A DNA stretch of 32,205 nt from NCBI GenBank assembly GCA_001642005.1, contig LWCA01000337.1, positions 1 to 32,205 on the forward strand, in the 5' to 3' direction. Below the pieces are notes generated by a model. That model saw nothing but the letters and a program-made list of their open reading frames with translations. It was not told where the DNA came from and did no database searches. Every line of letters begins with the position of its first letter. Positions within the stretch are counted from its first letter, which is position 1. This stretch comes from Intoshia linei (Eukaryota > Animalia > Orthonectida). This document shows positions 1-10,743 of the stretch, piece by piece. A program made the position numbers and the translations under genes.

Positions 1-882
1 ACCACAGCTGCATCAGTGTGCAGAATTTTACAAGAATGGAATGTAAGTCATAAATTTGTAGGTTTATGCTTTGACACAACTGCATCTAATACAGGATTTA
101 AAAGTGAAAGTGTAAAGTTAATCAAAGATTCACTAAATCATCAAATCGTGGAATTGCTTTGTTGTCATCATATCCTTGAGATAATTCTTTTGTCGGTTTA
201 CAAAAAATCCTTCGGGGATACATGTCAACCAAATATAAATGATAATTTCGTAACAAAAGTTAAAGATATTTATTATAATGATATAAACCGATATAATAAA
301 TGCCATAATCTACCAAAATTAACAATGAATAACATTAATTTTTACAATATTATATCAACCCTATTAAAAATACAAGAATATAAACGCGACGATTACAAAG
401 AATGCTGTAAATTATTTATATCAATTTTAAGTGGTAACAAAGTTACTCTATTGAAACCAGGTGCAATCTCAAAGGCTCGTTGGATGTGCAGGATTATATA
501 TGCCCTTAAGGCGTATATTCTAAATATAGACAAAAGTCAATTAATGAAATCATTTCTATTATTTACAGCATATGGTTACATAACATTCTGGATGGATGCG
601 GGCAGCGCTACGAATGCATACCATAATGATGTTCAAATGGAGTAATTTTGGCATGAATTGAGTATTGCATTTATGTCCTTAAAAATATGATGTGATGTTG
701 CCTTTGAGAAACATGATCTTCACAATTATTATATGGGGAAAGATGTTTCAGTTATTGGGATTGCATTTGTGGTCAATGATGCGACAGAAAGAACTCTTGC
801 AAAATTTAAGAGATGTTTGAATGTCACTAAAACTGAAGAAGAATTGCAAAAACTAGTATGCACCATGAACCATTTTAATTGA
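1..882 (+). pseudogene. Decayed DDE transposase, central/C-terminal part (hAT-related, probably hATm / 'Cc8K15.2-like' type)
   Basis: Frame open from base 1: TTAASVCRILQEW..CFDTTASNTG..LCCHHILE..RDDYKE..PGAISKARWM; continues in the same frame through stops at 643-645 and 688-690 to HNYYMGKD..IAF-VVNDATER..TKTEEELQKL, TGA 880-882. FDTTASNTG, CxHH, RDDY, PGAxxxARWM and VNDxxER are motifs I recognise from this family; subfamily name is from recall. Confidence 0.8.
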
Positions 883-910
883 AATGAACTAATTTCGATT
901 TTTTTGTTAA

Positions 911-2256
911 TTTTTAAATAAAATTATGTTATATGTGTATCTTTATAATTTGGATTCACTTTCATTCCATGCATTCATACATAACCAATGACCATATGAG
1001 CTTTTATCCAAAATATTTGTCAAAGTGGACGTTTTTTATGTGCGATTCGACATACAATTTTAAACTTAGTTTGTGTATAANTTTTAAATAAAATTATTTG
1101 TTATATTTATATATTTATAATTCGGATTCACTTTCATTTTATGCATTCATACATAACCAATGACCATATGAGCTTTTATTATAAATATTTGTCAAAATAG
1201 ACGTTTTTTATGTGCGATTCGATATACAATTTAAACTTAGTTTGTGTATAACAAAATACTTTTATATAAATTGGTACCACGAAACTACTTTACAAAGGGT
1301 TTATCAAAATAGTTATATCCTTTAAGATTATATGATAAATTTAAATGGTTGACACAGCATTTAGTAATCTCAGTTTTCGAAACTTTTCGAAACGGTTGTA
1401 TTTTTATTATAATATAAACTAGAGAATAGTTTATTTAAATAAGATGGAATTACGAAAAAAATATTATAATAACGAAACACTNATACATAACCAATGACCA
1501 TATGAGCTTTTATCCAAAATATTTGTCAAAGTGGACGTTTTTTATGTGCGATTCGACATACAATTTTAAACTTAGTTTGTGTATAATAAAATATTTTTCT
1601 ATAAATTGGTACCACGAAACTATTTTACAAAGGGTTTATCAAAATGGTTCTATCCTTTAAGATTTTATGATAAATTTAAACGGTTGACAGCATTTAGTTT
1701 TCTCAGTTTTCGAAGCGGTTTTATTTTTATTATAATATAAAATAGGGAATAGTTTATTTAAATAAGATGAAATTACCGAAAAAAATATTATAATAACGAA
1801 ACACTTGGAATATGTAAATTAAAATTATATTGGAAACCCTCACAATAATTTGCTAACAGATATAATATTTTAATTTCCATTCAAAATCTGTCATGAAATT
1901 ACTCTTATAAATAGTCATATCTGCTAAATTATATGCATTGAATAAAATTTAAATATAATTATCGAAAAATGTGCAATTAAGAATTTTATCGTGAAAAAAA
2001 ATTTCCCGAATATATTGTGAAAGATTAATTTAACTATTGCTTCTTAAAAATGACTTAAAAGTTATTTTAACAAAANGAAATTACTCTTATAAATGGTCAT
2101 ATCTGCTAAATTATATGCATTGAATAAAATTTAAATATAATTATCGAAAAATATGCAATTAAAAATTTTATCATGAAAAAAAATTTCCCAAATATATTGT
2201 GAAAGATTAATTTAACTATTGCTTCTGAAAAATGACTTAAAAGTTATTTTAACAAA
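911..2256. repeat. Near-identical duplicated blocks joined by single N bases (probable assembly/haplotype redundancy in the transposon 3' subterminal region)
   Basis: ~911-1080 recurs at 1082-1250; 1483-1805 repeats ~1148-1481; ~1895-2075 recurs at 2077-2256; each junction is exactly an N (1081, 1482, 2076). Confidence 0.8.
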
Positions 2257-2682
2257 AAATATGTAATAAATTTTGGTATATTATGGAATCTCTGTATTGA
2301 CCATATTCATTGCAAACATGACTAACAAGATCGTGAATGTCTTGTATTTGAATGAATTTATTATATTGTAAATAACCAGAATTCGAGAAATTAAATCGTT
2401 AATAAAATCCAAAAAAATTGAGCTAGAAACAAATTTAAAAAAATAAACTGTATAACTAAACATGGAGAACAGTATTATAAGGTCGGTACCACGTTTAAAA
2501 GCTCAAACGCCGATTTCCGTTAAAATAAAATTCAGTTTTAATTTCTTCATAATATTTATACAGTGATATTTAAAATGACAAACGCAACTCGAATAGATAG
2601 CGTTAAATATTTTTGATTGCGAAATAGTTTTTTTATTTTAAAAATACACACTTTTAGTGCTAATTGCCCTTGATTCTTTGAT

Positions 2683-2697
2683 GGGTGTGACACCCTA
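2683..2697 (-). mobile_element. Candidate right terminus (TIR) of the element encoding the 1-882 transposase
   Basis: GGGTGTGACACCCTA, reading 5'-TAGGGTGTC on the minus strand, a TAG-type terminus as expected for hAT-related elements; partner TIR would lie outside the window. Confidence 0.35.
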
Positions 2698-3709
2698 GTA
2701 TACATATTATACAGTATACATTATTATACACGTACATGTACATTTAATTTTACGAAATTTATTGATTAAATTTAAAATTATTGCACAATTGAATGTGAAA
2801 TTATTGTAATGATTGCATTTTACATGCAGTGTGTAATTTATCATTCTTACTACAAATGTTCAAATAAATATTTTATATTTTTAAAAATATATCCAAAATT
2901 GCTCACAGGGTTAATTAACCAAATTTTTTTTTGATTCAACTGATTATGAGATATTTGCGAAGTCGATAACAGAAGTTATATTTATTACTATGTCACGGTT
3001 TATCTAAGTGGGTCCCAAACTATCGATAAAAATTTTAATTTCAATTTTACAAAAAATCCATTAACGTTCCACTCTATATTATATTATTATATAATATTTT
3101 TTAATATTGCCCCTAATTGAATTAACCGCCCCGATATACCCACTTTGGTAACCCCTTGTGTGGTGCATATTTTTTACTTTAGAATACGAGATTGGCAGAA
3201 TTCACGAACCTGAAGGGCGACTCCATTCAACACACTAGTTTTAACCCTAAATTACCTATTTTAAAAAATAAAAAAACTAAGTCCCAGAATTTAAATACAA
3301 ACATACAAAATGCACGTGTATTTACTATTCATTCATGAAAACGACGGTTTACAACAAAAATTTATATAGTGCATACCGGAGTGGCCAACTGTAACATCTA
3401 GTTATAAGATAACCAGAAAATTATAGTTAATTTAAAAATAAATTGATTCACATAGGAAATTTAGTGGGATTAATAAATTATTGTACATTATTTTTTTAAA
3501 TCTTAAATTTTGCACCCATAACATTTTATATACATTTTTTGCCCTCGTGTTAATGTAATTGCAGCAGCTTGTGGTATATTATTGACTATTAAATTTGGGT
3601 ATACCTGAAGATACTAAATAATAATTATTTTGTTTGTTTAATATATCAAGTTGGTTTAATTTAATCGATTTCTATTCTTAAACCTTAATTTCAAAACCAA
3701 TTTCGAAAA

Positions 3710-6700
3710 ATGACATTCTTATATGTTTTTATGATTTTATTTCTTACTTGGGAATCTCAAGGTCAAGTGTGCACGAATGCTAATAATAATCGTGTGGATT
3801 GGTAAATTATAATTATATATACAAAATACATCATTACTATCATCATACATCTATTTTACATCATACTAAATTTACCAATTCATCTTCCCTACAGTTTTTC
3901 CTAATATTGGCAGCAGCTTCGGCATGACCTGATTGATTCAAATTCCTGACTTCTGCGTTAATTTATGATTTTATCACATTAAAACACCCTATACAGAGTT
4001 CAATTCTATGTTTAACTATATGCGGCTTCAAAACGTTTGCTAATATGATATAGCGAACATTTTAAATTACCTCTAAATGGGTCAACAGGTTTTTTGATAT
4101 CAGAAGTAACCTTTACAAGCATTAACCTATTACCATCTCTTGGATTTGAAATTAATTTTTTTTGTTTCAAAATAAGTCAAAAATAATTACCTTTTTTTAA
4201 AAATAAAATGAGTTTTAGTATTTTTTTAAATTAAATTCTGATACAGATTTAAAATCATGAACATTAGCATACATTTCAACCTCAACAATGTTATTCTTCA
4301 TGACCATAAACCCAAATTACCATTATTTAACAAAATTTCAACATCACAGAGTTAAGCCTTCATGTTCAAAAAAGACAATTACTACTTACTTTTTTTTTTT
4401 AAAAATTATTTCATTAATTACAATTAATTAATAAGAACAAACAAGTTATTTAGGTTTTTGATATACACAGTGCCCAAGTTAAAGGATGATTTTATTGATA
4501 AAAAAAAGAAAAAAAGTGGTAGAAAATACTCATATGTCTACTTTGATTCCGATATGGAAACTCAAAACCTTCCTTTTGAAATTAGATATGGCCTAAATAC
4601 AGAAACCGACAATCCCTTATTTAATACGTTGGAATCTTTTTTTAATGATCATGTAATTTTTTATATATTTAATGGCATTTATATTTATTCTGGATAAATT
4701 AAAAATAAGGCAAAGTGTGATATAGAAATGAACTGTGAAACTTTCATTTCATACATGTGGCATCTTTCGTTGTTTGAATAAATAAAATTTAGTGTAACTT
4801 GATCTTGAATACACCTGTAAATATTTCAATCCTACTACTAATAATCCATAAGTGTAATTAATTTGTGTATAGGTGAAGGGCACTGTTGAGTTTAACAAAA
4901 ATGATTCAAAATTAATTAATCACTTTACATCTATGCCTCTTACATGTATCTTGATTCAATTTGTTTGAACATTCATATAAATTATAATTTAAAAATAAAT
5001 GTACAACTGTTGCTTAAATTATTAAATAAATTGTATAACAGTACAACATTTTTCGAAAAATTTCAAAACAGATTTTTCTAACCTATATCGTTTTGTAGCT
5101 GGTATTCTTGTGACCTTGAAGATTGCTATTTGCAATTTTTAAATAATTTTTAATCTGCAAGAATTTATAGTTTGTGCTAGAATGCATTTTGGAGTAAAAA
5201 TGAAAATTTCTGTAATAAAAACTTAAATTTCATAACGGGCACGAAAATGAGGTCTCATCGTCTAGACTATCGAGCCCTGAACGGCTCGATGTTGTACATG
5301 ATCATTATTTGTGAATGCAGGTATAACTCAAATACCTACATACATTTTGAAATTTCCTTCTTACCTTGGCTCATAGTTATAAAATAAAAGTTTCCTAAAA
5401 TAAAGGATGAATTATAATTGTAACAGTTTCAAATGTTCTTATTTACGTTTAATAGCTTCAATAAGTTGTGACCAGAGTGTAGTTTATTCCAGAGTTGCTA
5501 TAACCTTCTTCACCGATGTATGTATTACTGTCATGTAAAATTTTTAAACTATTTCAAATTCCTAAATTTGATTACATTTTCAATGAAGCTTGAAAAAGTC
5601 ACAAAGTTATAAAACGACAACTTTATTCAATAATTATTAATTACTTTATTAATGTTTTATTTGTAACACATATAGCGTGACAGAAACAGTTATATTATAT
5701 ACAATGATAACCATGGCGAAAAACGAAGCTTTTCTGGTGGTGGTCATTCTAAGGGCGTCATAATGGCTAATAAAATCGAGGGATTCTGGATAATGCATTC
5801 GGTTCCAGGATTTTTAAACCTAGAACAAAAATCATATACATTTTCAAATAAAGCGCATAAAAATGCTCAAATGTTCTTTTGTGTTACGATGGATGTTCAT
5901 AATTTGCAAAATTTGGGTAATTTTAATAATCTTTTTGATATAAAGTTTATATTATAAATATTGGCCAATATGTACAATCAGTTGTTGATACAATGATCAT
6001 CAAATAATTTGATTTATTTATTATTTTTTTAAATACATAGTATGTATTACATACATACATTAAATTTGTACTAGTATTCTGAAATACGGTCAGATCTTAA
6101 TAAAAACTTTGTTAAATATTATGATCATGTATAATGATTTTAATATTTTTTTTAAACATTTGAATTTACCGGTTACGGACCAACCTAATGTTTCCATTAA
6201 ATTATAAGTTTGTGTTTTGGCCACCAATTTTTATTTACCTTACTACGCGACACCAATCAAATTTGACGAAGAACTCTAATATATACTTGACAGGGGCGGA
6301 TCCAAGAGGCTAATTAATGGGGTGTAATTTCAATATCAAGAAAAATTTTTAGGGCGTCTCTTTTAATTTCATTAAAAGTTGTTATACAATAGTTTCCAAA
6401 TTTGTATTTTTTCGCAAAAATAAAAAAAATGATCAGCACAAAAATGTAATTAATTAATTTTGTTCATTAAATGAGTATGCGGCCCGCGAGTGAAATTAAA
6501 AATTTCGAATAATTTAAATTTAATTACAGTGCATTCCAACATCATTTATATCTCAAAATTATAATTATATTGTTGGGATATATAATTGTATTGTTGGAAT
6601 TGGTAAATATAAGGTTGGAATGCACAGTAATACAACAAATAGCATTAAAGCAGATCTTATTCCACAGAAAAAAGCAAAATAACTCATAAATATGAGTAAT

Positions 6701-9700
6701 TTATGTTAATAATAAACAATAATGATTTAATATTTTTTTTATAAATTCTGCCGAATATGAGAATTTACTGCATCCAAATATATTAAAAAAGTAAATGTAT
6801 TGCCCACCCTGCCTTAGAGTATGTTAGGTTCTGCTGTAGTTTTAATACTTCATTAGTTGATAAGTTACAGTTACTCGAACCACATGTAATTGATGAAAAT
6901 TACTTGGCTTTAATCAAAAAAAGAAAAACAAAATTCACTTTACCGGTACACTTGGTAGAATTTGATTTAGTTACTCAAGAATCTATGCCAATACACGTTG
7001 GACTCAAAACGCAGAATGCAAAATTTTGTAATTTTAATTTTCCAAATATCATAAGGTTTAGTTAATGTATATGCTAATACATTTAACACCCTAGTGCAGC
7101 GTTTTTTAACTGGTCTATCAAAATTGCCACTAAAATACGATTTTTACGTTTAATTTTAAGATGTAATTTTTTAAGGTGTAACGGAATTGATCTGGCTAAC
7201 GGGTGCTAAATTTAAAAAAGGTTAAAAAACCTTGAACTAGAGTAACTAGTAAATATGAATTCATTTTAGGTTTATACGATCAATTTATTTCTAAAAGGTA
7301 TGACCATGAGGTAATGGTACAATCTTGGCGTCGGGGCAAGAAAAAATGGATTTTACCAAAAAAAGTATCAATTAGCACAATAAATTTTGCATCAGAAAAA
7401 TATGGAAAAGCTTTAAAATTCCATGATAAAATTTAAAGAGCCTAACAATAGGTTTTTGTGAGAACAGGTCATCAACGCGGTAACATCAACATGAAACTTA
7501 TATTGTTCATTTCAAAAGGGTTTCCACAGCGAAAAAGGATTGAAAATTGATGTCATAGGCAGGACCGTGGAGAGGCTGACTAGCGGCCATATGACCCAGC
7601 CTACAATCATGAAAGGCCTAATTTTGAAATTTCCACACAATTTTTAAATTTTTATTAATAGGTAATGTTGGAAAATTTCGATAACCAATGCGATTTGAAA
7701 CTGTTTTTTTAATTTATAGATAATGAACGATCGATTAAGCAATGCATAGAGGTCCCATTTTTTTATAAAAAATTTTTATATGGGGCCTACAATTTAGTAA
7801 TCTACAAAAACGGCACACATTAAATAATTATAATTATGTACTTATAATATTGTACGACGTTCTTGAAAATAAAATAATGCTACTGACTATAATTTTCCTG
7901 TAATGACTAATTTGTGTGAATGATAGAATAACAAATGTTTTCATTTAATCGGGCATCAAATCCCACTGTGAAGAAGTTTATTGAAAATATCAAAAAAGTA
8001 GAATGGGTTAGTAAACTTAGTACAGTTATAGCTCGAAATAGTATTGACAATTCTCCAGTCAAGAAAAATTTTTACGTGTCCGCTAAATAGTTTTTACTAA
8101 TTAAAAGTCAAATTATTACGATTTTTATCAAAATTTTCAGTAATATTTCCTAGTAATTTTGCTTTAATGGTTCGTGATAAATTTTATAATTTATTACAGA
8201 CCCACCATGAAAAAAGTGTGGGAACCCCTGGCTTATAACATAATATTTCTACTGTAATGCACTCATTCCGTAATTTTTATCTCAAGTTTGACTTGTGTTA
8301 ATTTAACAACACAATTGCATTTTCATTGCTATTTAAATATAATTATTTAAGTTATGCCGTTTTGGTCTGTGCTGTTTTTGTTTGGGCCGTTTTTACCATA
8401 AATCTACAATTTCCATCTGGTCCTGGCCTACTGCTGGCTACCACGGCCCTGGTCATAAGGTCCAGAAAAGCGTTTGCCTGACGGTTTGTTTGAAATGTAA
8501 TATTGCCTGAGATTAGGCAAAATGGGTTTTCTATATTTTTAAAATTTAATATTTTTCTTTTTTAATTTGTAGTAGCGGCCGACATCCCTTAGGTCTCAAA
8601 TGTTAATATGTTTACCATTTCAAATATACAAACGTACTTTTTTTCTTTAAGGTTGGATATATAAAATTAACATGAATAAAATGTTTTATTTAGATAAACA
8701 TGATTCCATCATTTAAATTTTTGGAAAAACGATGGAGGGGATCGATGGATCACTCAAAATGGGCGTATACATCAGAAAAGTTAATTAGAAAGGGTTTACT
8801 GCTAGTGGATGAACCTGATCTAGCTCTATTAGGCTTAGAATTTTGTGTTTGTGATTTAAATGCTCATGTAAAAATTCTATTTTACAAAATATATATTTGA
8901 TAAAAATCACATTTCTTAACATTTAATATAAGGCAGGGCAGGGCAAACTTATCGATCGACGGGTCGCATTGAAAATTTATAGTATATTTCGCGGTCCACA
9001 CAAATTGTTTAAACACATTAAATAATTTAAATTCATAATATGCAATATTGACTTTGGTCGATTTGTTGGTACCAGCAAAAATAATGCTGGTAACTTTGTT
9101 CTTAAAACATTATTTCTAGGATGCGTTTTAAAATCATTAACATTGTCGTAAATATTAGCCTTAGAAACGCACAGCGTCATGGTCAAAATCACGAATTATC
9201 CTTTGTTTTAAAAGTTTATAAAACATAACTTCTGGTATAGTTTTTCAAAATTATCAGCATTATCAAAAGTGCAACATCAAAAAAGACAATTTTCAAGATG
9301 AAAACCCCAGATTACTTTTTTATAAAAAATGAAAAGCGTCCTAGAATTTAAAAAAATTACAGATTATAGTTATATCAAGTTAACGCACAAAAAAGCTCTA
9401 TACGTTATTGTAGTATTCATATTTTTAAATATGAAATAATTGATGGTCCTAGAATTTACAATGTTAATAAAAAAATTATTATGATATAACTTATTCCAGT
9501 TGATTTAAATCAGTGGTTCTTAACGGTGCAACAAGTGGCTCCGAGGGGAGGAATTATTTTTGTAGGGAGTAAATTTGGGGGGGGGGGGGGGNGGGGGGGG
9601 GGGGGGAGAATTATATTAGTTTAATTTTGTAGAGTGATGTCCATTATTATCGAAACATTGATTCATAACCAAATAAAAAATAAAATATTTAACTTTAAAA

Positions 9701-10743
9701 TAGGATTAGTGACTTGAATGTGGATAATTTAGATATGCACAGAATTACGACATATTTGGTCATAAAGGAAGTAATAAAATTTAAACCTCAAAAATCTACG
9801 TATTCCCAGTGAAAATAACTTAATATATTATCAACCAATATTTTTTAAATCTTTGAATTTAATTTAAGAATGAAAATTTAAACATTCATCTTAAAATTTC
9901 AAAAAAAGTGTGAATTGAACGTATACATATTTTAAATACATAAATATGGGTTTCAATCTCATAAATTGATTCCTTCTCTTTTTTTTATCATTGCTACGTA
10001 AATTCTCATTTACAAATACTTTTAAAGTTTAGAATCAACTTAAGAATAACTTTGTTAGTATAATTTCGAGATTGGTAACAAATGATTTATATAATCAATC
10101 TCAATTTTAAAATATAAAATATTGGATTTTTGACCCTGAAAGACTCAAATATGGAAAATAAAACATAGATATCAACATTTCCAGCGAAAAACTGTATTAG
10201 AAAATGGTTTTTAAAATTATGCGACTGTTAAATATACGGTAACACACACAAAGACATTCCATTTTATATAAGTAAAGGATATGATATAGATATAAAAATA
10301 TAAGTTTACTTATTGTTTAACAAATTATACGTAGATATTGTTAATATTGTTACACGTGTAAATAAAAAAATTATTTCTATTTTGTTAAATTTCAAAAAAT
10401 ACATCAAAATATTTTTTTAATTTTTCCTGGTAATTTCGTTTTAATGGTCCCGTAATAAATTTTATAATTTATTACCGATCCGCCGTGAAAAAAGAACCCA
10501 AGGTATAGAGGAGCGAAAACTTTTATATTTAATTTGTATATACAATATATATGTCCTAAATTTTAATCTGGCTAGGGCTCACTGTTGGATCCCACGACCC
10601 TGCCTATATTATACCATTTATCCTATTCTAATTTAATTTAAATTTTATAAATATAGGGTAGTAAAAACAGAGGAGGATTGTGCAGTTGTTTTAAAAGCCC
10701 GAAATTAGTAGATATATTTCACAAAGCTAGCGTATATAATTGA
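3710..10743 (+). CDS. DNASE2: Deoxyribonuclease II (acid DNase, PLD-like fold) with signal peptide; exons 3710-3801, 4454-4652, 5676-5916, 6857-7027, 7270-7364, 8694-8867, 10657-10743
   Basis: All introns GT-AG and phase-compatible; 1059 nt = 352 aa + stop. Hydrophobic leader MTFLYVFMILFLTWESQG, then C..RVDWFLIY, YND, GHSKG (His 5745-5747), GFWIMHSVPGF, AQMFFCVT, LYD..VQSW, DHSKW (His 8751-8753), CVCDLN, RGGLC: the DNase II motif order. Confidence 0.93.
4130..4400 (+). repeat. Dispersed repeat family A copy (DNase II intron 1), approximate limits
   Basis: Shares 'ttctga..c..tttaaaatcat.aacatt..c.ta.at.tca.cctca' core with 9085-9480, 13067-13420, 26998-27350. Confidence 0.6.
6291..6811. mobile_element. 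Composite of hAT-type MITE fragments (DNase II intron 3)
   Basis: CAGGGGCGGATCC at 6291, GCGGCCCGCGAG near 6479-6490 and TTGCCCACCCTG ending 6811 are hAT-like end/subterminal motifs, but the two ends do not pair well and no TSD is visible. Confidence 0.4.
6527..6627. mobile_element. 101-bp Tc1/mariner-type MITE
   Basis: TA-CAGTGCATTCCAAC ... GTTGGAATGCACAG-TA: 14-bp TIR with one mismatch, flanked by TA on both sides. Confidence 0.7.
7097..7234. mobile_element. Short hAT-type MITE (DNase II intron 4)
   Basis: CAGCGTTTTTTAAC ... GTTAAAAAACCTTG imperfect TIRs; flanks CCCTAGTG / AACTAGAG resemble a decayed 8-bp TSD with CTAG core. Confidence 0.5.
7796..8403 (+). mobile_element. Internally deleted Mutator-like (MULE) element nested in the hAT element
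   Basis: Direct repeat CTACAATTT at 7787-7795 and 8404-8412; inverted subterminal AAAACGGC / GCCGTTTT motifs; ~7900-8005 translates as MTNLCE**NNKCFHLIGH..VKKFIENIKKVE, like the MULE TNNxxExxNN...HP..wxfI segment. Confidence 0.65.
8050..8230 (-). repeat. Dispersed hAT-type MITE family B fragment
   Basis: Ends GTGTGGGAACCCCTG (minus strand CAGGGGTTCCCACAC); homologous to ~10340-10500 (same orientation) and to ~15575-15689 and ~20963-21145 (opposite orientation). Confidence 0.65.
9085..10250. repeat. Repeat cluster in DNase II intron 6: family A forward copy (~9085-9480), hAT-like end at 9511, poly-G, family A reverse terminus (~10125-10250)
   Basis: Family A core 'gcgttttaaaatcattaacattgtcgtaaat' at ~9123; CAGTGGTTCTTAAC at 9511; GGTAACACACACA at 10238-10250 is the reverse complement of the TGTGTGTTACC terminus of other copies. 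Confidence 0.6.
9577..9606 (+). repeat. Poly-G tract with an internal N
   Basis: About 30 nt of G with N at 9592; true length uncertain. Confidence 0.85.

Larger units (their letters stand above)
7560..8451. mobile_element. hAT (Tip100-like) non-autonomous element carrying nested insertions
   Basis: TIRs CAGGACCGTGG / CCACGGCCCTG; 8-bp TSD GTCATAGG (7552-7559) vs GTCATAAG (8452-8459). Confidence 0.75.

Noticed and set aside
911-2256. CRISPR-like or genuine tandem array
   Set aside because: Blocks are 170-330 bp with no unique spacers, junctions coincide with Ns, and the context is eukaryotic.
8573-8651. Extra DNase II micro-exon (VSNVNMFTISNIQ)
   Set aside because: With acceptor 8592 both available donors (8634, 8652) are phase 2 and create a stop at the next exon; direct 7364-8694 splicing is in frame.
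8977-9192. Minus-strand 71-aa ORF
   Set aside because: Lies in repeat sequence within a DNase II intron; no recognisable motif.
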